Below, piece after piece: positions 1 to 8,979 of a stretch of 64,000 bases of DNA. The position numbers were made by a program, and so were the translations under genes. The stretch spans positions 546,888 through 610,887 of the forward strand of contig CAWAOM010000006.1 of assembly GCA_963783695.1 (NCBI GenBank). The letters run 5' to 3'. Numbering within the stretch: position 1 is the stretch's first letter; every line of letters begins with the position of its first letter. The DNA is from an uncultured Gammaproteobacteria bacterium. GTDB taxonomy: Bacteria > Pseudomonadota > Gammaproteobacteria > Steroidobacterales > BM003. Below the pieces are notes generated by a model. It made no database searches. It saw only the letters and a program-made list of their open reading frames with translations, and was not told the origin of the DNA.

Positions 1-108
1 CAAGCGATCGATAATGGCGAGATTGCCGCGCTGGTGTCGCGCAACAACCATGTGGAAGCTGTTTGAGCCCAGATCGACAGCTGCAATGATCTCCGGCGAA
101 TCAGGCAT
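1..108 (-). CDS. ppx: Exopolyphosphatase Ppx/GppA, N-terminus only (runs off window)
   Basis: Manual translation MPDSPEIIAAVDLGSNSFHMVVAR contains the AAVDLGSNSFH Ppx/GppA signature; GAGG RBS upstream. Confidence 0.9.
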   Translation of the reverse strand, partial: MPDSPEIIAAVDLGSNSFHMVVARHQRGNLAIIDRL

Positions 109-163
109 GTCGCTGGACTACCTCAATGCCCCGTCGGCGGCGTCAAGCCGCGGCCGGCGCCGG

Positions 164-532
164 TCAAACGGAGAAGGACGAACCGCAGCCGCAAGTGGTA
201 GTCGCATTGGGATTGCGAATAACGAATTGCGCGCCCTGAAGATCTTCCTTGTAATCGATCTCCGCCCCGGTCAGATACTGGATGCTCATGGGGTCGATCA
301 GCAGCGTGACGCCACCGTTCTCAACCTCGAAATCGCCGCTTTCGACCGCCTCATCGAAGGTGAAACCGTATTGAAAACCGGAGCACCCGCCGCCCGAGAC
401 ATACACCCGTAACTTCAGCTCGGGGTTGCCCTCCTCGTCGATGAGTTCGCCGACTTTCTTCGCCGCCGCGTCTGTAAACACCAGCGGCGCCGGCATCTGT
501 GTCGGATAATCCTGTGTTTCCATGTCCATCAT
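164..532 (-). CDS. erpA: Iron-sulfur cluster insertion protein ErpA
   Basis: GGGCSGFQY and CGCGSSF motifs; start may be 532, 529 or 523. Confidence 0.95.
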   Translation of the reverse strand: MMDMETQDYPTQMPAPLVFTDAAAKKVGELIDEEGNPELKLRVYVSGGGCSGFQYGFTFDEAVESGDFEVENGGVTLLIDPMSIQYLTGAEIDYKEDLQGAQFVIRNPNATTTCGCGSSFSV

Positions 533-569
533 GATACCTGTTGTCGCGTTGGCCGGGGTGACTATCGGG

Positions 570-1019
570 TCAGCCCGGTTGGCGGCCCAGAAATGGCGCC
601 GTGTCTGGCTCTTTGTCTTCGCCGCTGCCCGGTGCATCGTCAGCCGGAGCCGGCGCGTCAGGCTCGCGGTGAATAAGCTTGCCGTTTATCTCGGCGCCGA
701 TCGCCATCTCTATCAGATTGTAATAGACATTGCCGATCACCTTGGCAGTCGGACCGAGTTCTACCCGGTTGGACGTCGTCACATCGCCTTTGACGGTGCC
801 CTTCAGAAACACATTGGGGACAGACACATTGCCTTCGATCGTGCCACCTTCGCTGATACTCAGCATAGAGTCGGTACCGGGTTCGGCCTCGACGTCTCCT
901 TTTACATAACCGTCTACATGCAGCCCACCGAGAAAACCAATGTTGCCTGATACCGCTGTCTTGCTGCCAACCAGGCTCTCGATACTCATCTTCTTACGCT
1001 TTCTGGCGCGACCTACCAT
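570..1019 (-). CDS. Bactofilin (polymer-forming cytoskeletal protein)
   Basis: Beta-helical repeats ([26 protein letters not shown]); typical position next to erpA. Confidence 0.9.
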   Translation of the reverse strand: MVGRARKRKKMSIESLVGSKTAVSGNIGFLGGLHVDGYVKGDVEAEPGTDSMLSISEGGTIEGNVSVPNVFLKGTVKGDVTTSNRVELGPTAKVIGNVYYNLIEMAIGAEINGKLIHREPDAPAPADDAPGSGEDKEPDTAPFLGRQPG

Positions 1020-1043
1020 GCCTTCCTCCTGAAACCGCCGGGT

Positions 1044-1769
1044 TCAGCCCGGCAGCCAATCGAAACTGTCCCGGAGTGTTCGCGCCGACCGCCCGGTGGG
1101 ACGCACCTCCAGATGAATTTTCTCAGGAACGAAGTCGGCCGGAAAAGTCAGCTCGTATTCGAATTCCTGAAAGTAGCGAAAGGAAAACGGCACCGTGCCA
1201 TCTTCCTCGGCGGAGGCATCCAGATCGGCCAGCGGATAGGTGACTGAGCGCCCGGCCTGAGTGCCTTCGACGGAGAAGTTTACAACACCGGATACTCGCC
1301 GATCATGCTGTTTTGCCTGTATCAGCACCCATTCCACACGAAAAGACCGGGGATCGGCACTATTCAGGACCTCGAGATTTTGTACCCGCAGGCCGACGGC
1401 CCCGTCGTCGGGTGCCACGATGCTCTTGTAGAAGGCCAGGTCCTCTTCCTGCTCCATAATCCGGGCCTGCAGTTCCCCGAGTTGAGCTTCAATCTGGTCA
1501 AAGGCCTGCCGATCCACGTTGTATTCGGTCTCAAGTCCCGCAACTTTCTGCTTGAGTGCCCGATTGTCCCCGGCCAGCCTGCGGTTCTCCCGCACGAGGT
1601 CGGTCTCGCCCGACCTGATCGCACCGTCCGCGAATCCCCCACGTGCAAGACCCAACTGGTACATACCGTAACCACCCAGAACGAATGCCATCGCAACAAG
1701 ACCGATGACCAGCCGGGTTCTGCCCGGACGTTCGTGTTTTAGCACCAATCTCGGCTTTTCTGGGGTCAT
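1044..1769 (-). CDS. Membrane-anchored coiled-coil protein (DUF6776-like)
   Basis: N-terminal TM, coiled coil, DLAFYKSIV and FSFRYFQ motifs; conserved context upstream of bactofilin. Confidence 0.75.
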   Translation of the reverse strand: MTPEKPRLVLKHERPGRTRLVIGLVAMAFVLGGYGMYQLGLARGGFADGAIRSGETDLVRENRRLAGDNRALKQKVAGLETEYNVDRQAFDQIEAQLGELQARIMEQEEDLAFYKSIVAPDDGAVGLRVQNLEVLNSADPRSFRVEWVLIQAKQHDRRVSGVVNFSVEGTQAGRSVTYPLADLDASAEEDGTVPFSFRYFQEFEYELTFPADFVPEKIHLEVRPTGRSARTLRDSFDWLPG

Positions 1770-1887
1770 GGCGGGGATCTGTCAAAAATGGCGTGGCCGA
1801 GTATGGCAAAAACCGTCGCATGAGGGTAGCCGCCAGCAGCGGACCAGAGCCGGCATCCGCGGGGGTCGGATCGAGTGATGGCGGCAG

Positions 1888-2469
1888 TCAGGCGGGCTGG
1901 TGACTCTGCACCCCGGTGTTGCGGCGTCGGCCGCGTTTGTGACGCACAAGCGTACGTTTAACGAATGCAGGTTTTGGCGGTGCGCCGTCCGGAAAAGCCA
2001 ACACCCTCAATTCATTCAACGCTCTCGCGTACACCCGGCGCTTGAAGTAAATGACGTCGCGCGCGGGCTGCCAGTAGTCCACCCACCGCCAACGATCGAA
2101 CTCCGGCTTCTCCGTCGCGTCGAAACGCACCCGTCCTTCGCCGCCGACCATTCGCAGCAGGAACCAGATCTGTTTCTGCCCGATACACAAAGGCTGACTA
2201 TTGCGGCGTACATATTTCCTCGGGAGCCTGTAGCGAAGCCAGCGGCGCGTCGAGCCGACTAAGTTGACATCCTGGGTGGTGAGACCAACTTCCTCGTCGA
2301 GCTCGCGAAACATCGCCTCTTCGGCAGATTCACCGGGCAGGATGCCTCCCTGCGGAAACTGCCAGCCGGGCCGCCCGGCGCGGCCTGCCCAAAACACAGA
2401 GCCCTGATCATTTAGAATAATGATCCCGACATTGGCTCTGAAACCCTGTTTGTCTATACAGTCAGTCAT
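1888..2469 (-). CDS. rppH: RNA pyrophosphohydrolase RppH (Nudix)
   Basis: [16 protein letters not shown], Nudix box [18 protein letters not shown]. Confidence 0.95.
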   Translation of the reverse strand: MTDCIDKQGFRANVGIIILNDQGSVFWAGRAGRPGWQFPQGGILPGESAEEAMFRELDEEVGLTTQDVNLVGSTRRWLRYRLPRKYVRRNSQPLCIGQKQIWFLLRMVGGEGRVRFDATEKPEFDRWRWVDYWQPARDVIYFKRRVYARALNELRVLAFPDGAPPKPAFVKRTLVRHKRGRRRNTGVQSHQPA

Positions 2470-2520
2470 GGCGACTCGCGGCGAGACCTGCTGCTAATCA
2501 TAACCAACTTTGGGTCAACA

Positions 2521-2550
2521 AGAGCAAATGGCGTCTGCCATCGTTGCTCT
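2521..2550 (-). terminator. Hairpin, possible terminator of the candidate ncRNA / Fe operon
   Basis: AGAGCAA-ATGGC-gtct-GCCAT-cg-TTGCTCT stem-loop with only a weak U-tract on the minus strand. Confidence 0.4.
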
Positions 2551-2554
2551 GAAA

Positions 2555-2714
2555 CCGTTCAGATTGCCACCGACCTCGGCCCTGGCTCGCGGCTCAAGGT
2601 GCTCGCCGGCGCCACCTTGGGTTGCTGCCACGCCGCGGGTTGTGGCCGGCATCGCACCGTCCATACCAGCCTGAAGGCGCGGCATCCCGGATTCATGATG
2701 ATCGGTCTGACGGC
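2555..2714 (-). ncRNA. Candidate structured ncRNA (rod-like, possibly 6S-like)
   Basis: Intergenic; ends pair, and internal stems ATGCCGCG/CGCGGCGT, GGCTGGTAT/ATGCCGGCC, CAAGGTG/CACCTTG; mismatches resolve as G-U only on the minus strand. Confidence 0.45.
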
Positions 2715-2739
2715 GTAGTTGCGGTCCAGGGTTATGTTT

Positions 2740-3798
2740 TTACGGTGTGCCGCCGTCTGCCTGTTTGCGGAAAACCACCACATGCTCGGCCTGCAACCTG
2801 ATCCCAATGTGCTCGCCGACCGGGTGATCATGGTGGCTCGGTACTGCTGCAAGGACATGATCACCGCTGGGCAGACACAGCGAATAGAGGATGTCGGAGC
2901 CGCGAAACGATTTGCCACAAACCTCGGCCCGCAACTTGCTGTCGTGATCGTGGACGATATCGTCGGGGCGCAGCAACACATCGACATCCGTTCCGACCGG
3001 AAACTCCCGGCTCAGCTCACCGTCCAATTCGCCGAGCTCCAGACGCACCCGCCCCTCGGCAGTCAGTTGTCCCGCAACAAATACACCCTGGCCTATGAAC
3101 TCCGCAACGAAGCGGCTGGCCGGCGAGTGATAAAGACTGTAGGGCGTATCCCACTGCTCGATCCGGCCAGCCCGCAACACCCCAACCTGATCGGCCACCG
3201 CGAACGCCTCGGCCTGATCATGGGTAACCATCAAGGCAGTGATGCCAAGATGCTTGAGAATGTCGCGGACCTCGGCCGATAAATGCTGCCGCAATTCGAC
3301 ATCGAGATTGGAAAACGGCTCGTCGAGCAGCAACAGGCGCGGCCGCGGCGCGAGAGAGCGAGCAAGAGCCACGCGTTGCTGCTGCCCCCCGGACAATTCG
3401 CGTGGGTAGCTCTCCAACACGTTTTCAAGACCCACCATCTCGATCACCTCGAGCGCACGGGCGCGTCTTGCTGAGCGCTCAAGCGCATGCAGGCCGAAAC
3501 GAACGTTGTCGAGCACATTGAGATGCGGCAGCAACGCATAGTCCTGGAACACCATGCCGAAGTGGCGATGCTCGGGCGCGACCGTCAGCCCGGGTCGACT
3601 CAGCACCTTGTCATTGGCCAGAATCTCTCCGCCACAGATATCCTCGAATCCGGCAACGCAGCGCAATACCGAGGTCTTGCCGGCACCGCTTGGCCCCACC
3701 AGGCAACCTATCGTGCCTTTCTCGAGACGCAGCGAGACGTCTTCGAGGTTGCGGCGCCCGCCGTACTCATGACTGATACCGCGCAACTCAATCCACAC
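2740..3798 (-). CDS. fbpC: Fe3+ ABC transporter ATP-binding protein (FbpC-like)
   Basis: Walker A GPSGAGKT, LSGGQQQRVALAR, LLLLDEP, C-terminal TOBE; operon context. Confidence 0.85.
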   Translation of the reverse strand: MWIELRGISHEYGGRRNLEDVSLRLEKGTIGCLVGPSGAGKTSVLRCVAGFEDICGGEILANDKVLSRPGLTVAPEHRHFGMVFQDYALLPHLNVLDNVRFGLHALERSARRARALEVIEMVGLENVLESYPRELSGGQQQRVALARSLAPRPRLLLLDEPFSNLDVELRQHLSAEVRDILKHLGITALMVTHDQAEAFAVADQVGVLRAGRIEQWDTPYSLYHSPASRFVAEFIGQGVFVAGQLTAEGRVRLELGELDGELSREFPVGTDVDVLLRPDDIVHDHDSKLRAEVCGKSFRGSDILYSLCLPSGDHVLAAVPSHHDHPVGEHIGIRLQAEHVVVFRKQADGGTP

Positions 3799-5446
3799 GG
3801 CTGCTGCCTCGAGTCAACGTAATAACCGGAATCAGACCTACCAGAACGATCGCCACTGCCGGCGCCGCCGCCCGTGCCCATTCCCCTTCCGAGGTCATCT
3901 CGAATACGCGGACTGCAAGCGTCTCCCAGCCGAACGGCCGGGTCATCAGTGTGATCGGCATTTCCTTCATGATATCGACGAAAGTCAGGGTGAACGCCGC
4001 CAGTACGCCACCACGCAGAATGGGAAGATGAACCCGGCGCAACATCTGCCAGCCGCTTACACCCTGTATTCGCGAGTTCTCGTCGAGGCTACGGGTAATT
4101 CGCAACAGATTGCTCTCGACAGGGCTATGCGCCACAGCGAGAAACCGAATCAGATAGGCCAGCAGCATCGCAACCAGTGTGCTTTGCAGAAGAACCTGCG
4201 GTGCATCCGGCCCAAAAGTCCCGATCAGCATATCCTGCACCGCGTTGTTCAGCGCAACAATGGGTGCAAACACCCCAACCGCGAGCACCGTCCCCGGCAA
4301 CGCGTACCCCAGGGTGGCCCAGCGCGCCAGCCACTTTGCCGGACCGCCCCGATTTCGCACTGCATAGGCGAGACATACCGCCACCATGGTGGTCAGAAGC
4401 GCCCCGAGCGAGGCCACGGCAAGGGTCTGCCACACGTAGCGAAAAAAGCGCATATCGAGTATCGGCCCACTACCGAACGACCACACAATCAGTTGCACAA
4501 ACGGGATGACAAAACCCAGCGCCAGAACAAGGAACCCGAATCCACTCGCGGCGAACGCTGACATCCGGCCAAGCCGCAGACGCCCCAGGCCGGTCCCCTG
4601 CGAACCGGTCGCGGCAAAATCCGCGCGGGCACGAAGGCGCTGCTCCAGCACCACGACGACGAAGACGAACAGCACCAGAATCGATGCCAGCTGCATCGCC
4701 GACTCGAGGGAGAACAACCCGAACCACGCCTGGTATATGGCAGTGGTAAACGTGTCGTAATTGAATACCGAAACGGTACCGAAATCAGCCAATGTCTCCA
4801 TCGCAACCAGCAGTGCGCCACCCGCGATCCACGGCCGCGCCAATGGCAAGGCGATGCGAAAGAACCCACTCCTGATACTGAGCCCCATCGACTGGCCAAT
4901 TTCCAGAGCACGCATGCCCTGGGTCTGAAACGCGTTGCGTGCAATCAGGTACACATAAGGGTACAGACACAATGTCAGTACCACTATCACGCCGCCGCGA
5001 CTGCGAATGGCTGGCAGCGCCATTTCGGCACCGACAATCTCGCGTAAAAATGTCTGCACGGGTCCCGAGTACTCGAACATCCCGACCAGAACAAAGGCCA
5101 GCACATAACCCGGTATCGCGAGCGGCAAAAGCAATGCCCAGGCCAAAAACCTGCGCCCGGGAAATTCGCAAACAGCGGTGAGCCACGCCAATACAGTCCC
5201 AAGCGCCGCCGCCGACAGCGTCACACCGACGACCAGCCATACTGTGTTGCCGATAACCCGCGGCAGAACGAACTCGGCCAGGTGCGCCCAGACATCGGTC
5301 CGTGGCGCCAGCGCCGCCAAGCCGATCTGCAACAACACAATGCTGACCGGTGTCGCAATGAGAACAGCGACCAGCAGCCACAACACCCGATGGTGCGTGG
5401 CATGAAGCAGCCGCGGTGCATGGCGCGCCGCGGTCGTTTGCTCCAT
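3788..5446 (-). CDS. fbpB: Fe3+ ABC transporter permease (FbpB-like)
   Basis: Duplicated permease with many TM helices, METLADFG and DIMKEMP motifs. Confidence 0.85.
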   Translation of the reverse strand: MEQTTAARHAPRLLHATHHRVLWLLVAVLIATPVSIVLLQIGLAALAPRTDVWAHLAEFVLPRVIGNTVWLVVGVTLSAAALGTVLAWLTAVCEFPGRRFLAWALLLPLAIPGYVLAFVLVGMFEYSGPVQTFLREIVGAEMALPAIRSRGGVIVVLTLCLYPYVYLIARNAFQTQGMRALEIGQSMGLSIRSGFFRIALPLARPWIAGGALLVAMETLADFGTVSVFNYDTFTTAIYQAWFGLFSLESAMQLASILVLFVFVVVVLEQRLRARADFAATGSQGTGLGRLRLGRMSAFAASGFGFLVLALGFVIPFVQLIVWSFGSGPILDMRFFRYVWQTLAVASLGALLTTMVAVCLAYAVRNRGGPAKWLARWATLGYALPGTVLAVGVFAPIVALNNAVQDMLIGTFGPDAPQVLLQSTLVAMLLAYLIRFLAVAHSPVESNLLRITRSLDENSRIQGVSGWQMLRRVHLPILRGGVLAAFTLTFVDIMKEMPITLMTRPFGWETLAVRVFEMTSEGEWARAAAPAVAIVLVGLIPVITLTRGSSRVD

Positions 5447-5473
5447 CCTCACTGGCCGGTTCGCACTGGCTGG

Positions 5474-6475
5474 CTAGCGATAGCCTGCGCGATCCATCAA
5501 TCTGACAGCCGCGCTCTGTAATTCTCCGGCGCGCGCCAGGCTCAGCTGACTCGCCTCGAACTCACCCCAGGCCGCCACGGCCGGGTCGGGCGCAACTGCC
5601 GGGTTAGCCGGGAACTCGAGATTACTGCTGGCGAACATCGCCTGCGCCTCGCCTGCGGACAGCCACTCAAGCAGTTGCCGCGCATTTTCGCTATTTCTCG
5701 CATTGCGGACGATACCGCCGCCCGACACGTTGACGTGGACGCCGCCGGAACCCTGGTTGGCCCAGAAGACCTTCACCGGCAAATCCGGGTTGTCGCGTTG
5801 CAGCCTGCCGAAATAGTAAGTATTGACGACACCCACATCACACTGACCCGCGGCGATCGCCTCTATTACTGCCGTGTCATTGGCAAACACATCGGCAGCC
5901 AGGTTGGCGACCCAGCCCCTGACAATCTGCTCTGTCTTTGCCTCGCCATGCTCGGCAATCAACATGGCCACGAGCGACTGGTTATAGACCTTCTTCGATG
6001 TCCGCAAACAGAGCCTTCCGCGCCACATCGGGTCGGCAAGCCCCTCATAGGTATTCAGCATCCGGGGATCGGCGCGCTGCGGAGAATAAACGATGGTACG
6101 GGCACGAACGGACAGCCCGAACCAGCGATTTTCGGGATCACGCAGATACTCGGGAACGTTCGTCTCGAGGACCGCGGAGTCGAGCGCCTGGAGCAAATCT
6201 TTCTGTGTCGCCCACCACAGGTTCCCGGCGTCAACGGTCAAAAGCACATCCGCCGGCGTGTTGTTGTCCTCCGCCTGCAGGCGCTGCATCAGCACCTCGG
6301 CCTTGTCGGTGACAAACACGACATTGATGCCCGTTTCCTCGGTAAAGCGGTCGAACATCGGCTTGATCAGCGGTTCGTTACGGGCCGAATACACGACCAG
6401 TTCGGCATCCGGCACACCGCAGCCACTCAGAATCGGGACCAGCAGTCCCAACAACATGACTTTCAATTTACCCAC
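5474..6475 (-). CDS. fbpA: Fe3+ ABC transporter substrate-binding lipoprotein (FbpA/FutA-like)
   Basis: Lipobox LSGC, YSAR, DVLLTVDAG, VNTYY iron-binding tyrosines. Confidence 0.9.
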   Translation of the reverse strand: MGKLKVMLLGLLVPILSGCGVPDAELVVYSARNEPLIKPMFDRFTEETGINVVFVTDKAEVLMQRLQAEDNNTPADVLLTVDAGNLWWATQKDLLQALDSAVLETNVPEYLRDPENRWFGLSVRARTIVYSPQRADPRMLNTYEGLADPMWRGRLCLRTSKKVYNQSLVAMLIAEHGEAKTEQIVRGWVANLAADVFANDTAVIEAIAAGQCDVGVVNTYYFGRLQRDNPDLPVKVFWANQGSGGVHVNVSGGGIVRNARNSENARQLLEWLSAGEAQAMFASSNLEFPANPAVAPDPAVAAWGEFEASQLSLARAGELQSAAVRLMDRAGYR

Positions 6476-6579
6476 GAAATCTTCTCTCCAAATGCTCCCG
6501 ATGCCTACCCCGCGGTGGTTGCCGGCGGCAAACGCCGCGGTTGTTGACCGGGACAGGTGTTGTGCTTAAAAACTTAAAT

Positions 6580-6598
6580 GCGAATGTATATCATTTGC
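6580..6598 (-). promoter_or_regulatory. Fur box upstream of the Fe3+ ABC operon
   Basis: GCAAATGATATACATTCGC matches 13/19 of GATAATGATAATCATTATC, in an AT-rich patch ~105 bp upstream of fbpA. Confidence 0.75.
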
Positions 6599-6649
6599 GT
6601 TTAATCCGCCATGGCTTCCGCTAGCCCGCACCCACCAAGACCGAAATGC

Positions 6650-6682
6650 AAAAAAAAAGCGCCACCCCATGCGGGGCAGCGC
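6650..6682 (-). terminator. Rho-independent terminator of the subtilase gene
   Basis: GCGCTGCCCC-gcat-GGGGTGGCGC followed by T9 on the minus strand. Confidence 0.85.
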
Positions 6683-6719
6683 CCTGATCGATCAAGAGTC
6701 AGTGCCTAGGTGGCAGCGC

Positions 6720-8732
6720 TCAATTGGTCTTTTCTTTCGGATAAACCTCGCCAATCGCCTCTCGCGCATCGACAAACCCGTAACCGGTGGCCTGGTCGAA
6801 CCCGCTGTCGAATTCCGGGGTAAACGGATCGTCCATGTCGATCGCGGTGTCGATAAGCGCTTTGCGGATATCCGCCGCACAGACACCGTATGACCATTTA
6901 CCGGACGCCACTTTCTTCTCGGCCGCTTTTGCTCCGACCCGGCGGGTCTTCACCTTGCGCTTCGTCTCCCGGCAAATGTAGTACTGCTTGCCATTGACGG
7001 TCGGCTGACTCATCAGCGCCGCGACACCGGCAAGATGCGGTGCCGAAGCCGAAGTGCCGAAGAAGTTCGGGAACCCGTCAGGCTCGTCCGTGCCCGGCAC
7101 CGGGAAACTCAGGTCGAAGCCGAAGAATGTATTGTTGGCGCCATCGGGGCCAACAATTTCGGGCTTCAGCCGCAGGGCCGCAACACGGTTACCCTCGAGG
7201 TCGAACAGGATCGGTACGCCACCAGCGGATGAGAAGCCGTTCAGGCAGGCCGGATTGCAGGCCGGGTTGTCGTTCCAGGCCGCGGTGTTGAACCAGGCCG
7301 AGGCCCCGGTCGCGATCGCGCCCGCGGCATTGGCATGCCCATAGCTGGTCGGGCTTGCGGTGTCGTATTCCATCGGTCCCAAACCGAAGCGGCGGTCCGA
7401 ACCGAAATAGACATACTTCATCAGGGAGGGATTGGGCCCGCCGCAGTTTTCGAGGCCTATCGCTACCTCAAGCGCCTCGGTTCCACCCAGCGCGACGCCA
7501 AACACCTCAACCGCGTCACCGCCGATATTCAGGTCAATACCGCCAAGGCCCGTCCAGCTGCCATCAGGGAAGTACAATACGATGTCCATATCGCTGGCGG
7601 AACCCGGCGCACCGCTTATCGATGCGTTGGGCTGATCCCACTGGAAGCTCCAGATCGTGGTACCGGGCTCGATCAGGAACGACTGCAGCGTGTCGACGCC
7701 CGGACCCGGGTCGAAGTCGTGCATCTCGCAACCAAACACGCCGCCGATGCCGGAGCCCTCGAACTTGCCCTCGAAGGAGTTGCGCTCGTTGTTACCGGCC
7801 GAGGAGAAGTAAGAGGCGCCGTTTGCGCGCACCGCGTCGGCGGACTGCGCGATCGGGCCATCCTGGAACATCGGCTCGGCGAAATAGATCACATCGTCGA
7901 CGATGACCTGGGCGCCGGCAATCTCGTTGAGATCCCTGATGCCCTGGGCAAAACCGGCAGTGCCGTTAAACGCCGTATAGAAAGCCTGCGACGCGCCGGG
8001 AGCGATGTCATGCACGATCTGCATCATCGCGCGGCCCTCATCGGTACAGGTACCGGGATCGAGATCCTCCAGAACGATGATGTCGTCAGGGAGATCGCCC
8101 GTTGCCTTGTCCAGCGCGGCACCACCAAGGCAGTCATAGCCGTCGGACAACACGCCGACCCGAACACCGGTGCCGTCAATGCCGAGATCCGCGCGCGCTT
8201 CATCCGTGCGCATCGACACATCGCCGCGGCTCGTAACGAGACCGGCTCGTGTGCGAGCGACCGCCGGTTGCACCTTCACCACGTTATTCATCGCGGCGAG
8301 GTCGCCAAGCCCGGCAATCGGAAATAAACCAGAAACCATGTGGCCGGCCGTGGCGCCCTTGCGCAGACCGCGCGACTCTAATTCTTTGAGCAGCGCACCC
8401 GCATCCCCGTGGGTGATTACATCGATCACAACGTACCCGCCGTACGTCATCAGCGTGGGGCTCTCCAGCGCCGGAGCCGAACTGCCCGATTTTCTGCTGG
8501 TAGTCGCGCCAAGTTTGGTCGGCGCACCGACCAATGCGCTCAACTGTGGGTTCAGCTTGGCCATCGGACCTTCTTTCGCACGCGATTTCAACACCGCAAT
8601 TTCGGCGTCGCTCATGCCTTTCCCGCCTTTTAGCATCGCCGGATCGAGCGTACCCGAGCCCGCTGCGCCCGCGGTACTCGACAACGCCAGCGCCACAGCT
8701 GCCGCAGTCGAAAATATTGCCTTTTTGTACAT
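6720..8732 (-). CDS. Secreted subtilase (S8/S53-like, DEGRAM type) with propeptide
   Basis: AGGAGG RBS, signal peptide MYKKAIFS, GVRVGVLSDG, DEGRAM, SSAGN, FGTSASAPH, GYGFVDA. Confidence 0.9.
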   Translation of the reverse strand: MYKKAIFSTAAAVALALSSTAGAAGSGTLDPAMLKGGKGMSDAEIAVLKSRAKEGPMAKLNPQLSALVGAPTKLGATTSRKSGSSAPALESPTLMTYGGYVVIDVITHGDAGALLKELESRGLRKGATAGHMVSGLFPIAGLGDLAAMNNVVKVQPAVARTRAGLVTSRGDVSMRTDEARADLGIDGTGVRVGVLSDGYDCLGGAALDKATGDLPDDIIVLEDLDPGTCTDEGRAMMQIVHDIAPGASQAFYTAFNGTAGFAQGIRDLNEIAGAQVIVDDVIYFAEPMFQDGPIAQSADAVRANGASYFSSAGNNERNSFEGKFEGSGIGGVFGCEMHDFDPGPGVDTLQSFLIEPGTTIWSFQWDQPNASISGAPGSASDMDIVLYFPDGSWTGLGGIDLNIGGDAVEVFGVALGGTEALEVAIGLENCGGPNPSLMKYVYFGSDRRFGLGPMEYDTASPTSYGHANAAGAIATGASAWFNTAAWNDNPACNPACLNGFSSAGGVPILFDLEGNRVAALRLKPEIVGPDGANNTFFGFDLSFPVPGTDEPDGFPNFFGTSASAPHLAGVAALMSQPTVNGKQYYICRETKRKVKTRRVGAKAAEKKVASGKWSYGVCAADIRKALIDTAIDMDDPFTPEFDSGFDQATGYGFVDAREAIGEVYPKEKTN

Positions 8733-8979
8733 CAGAAACCTCCTGTTCCAAAACGGAATCCCGCACCTCAGAGAACGCGGTGTTATGAGTTGGTGCAATA
8801 CCGAAGCATCATTTTTTATTGTTTTTCCGACCGCGCGGCGCCACATCAGTAACGCGGACCCACATCGATCAGCAGTAGACTGGTATAGCCCACATGCCGC
8901 TTGCGTGCAAATTAGCAAAGTTATGTAAAACGAAATATCTCATGAGATCTGGCACTTATTACGCTTGTGGATATCGCGG

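Noticed and set aside
8733-8918. N-terminal extension of the subtilase ORF
   Set aside because: AGGAGG and the signal peptide place the start at 8732
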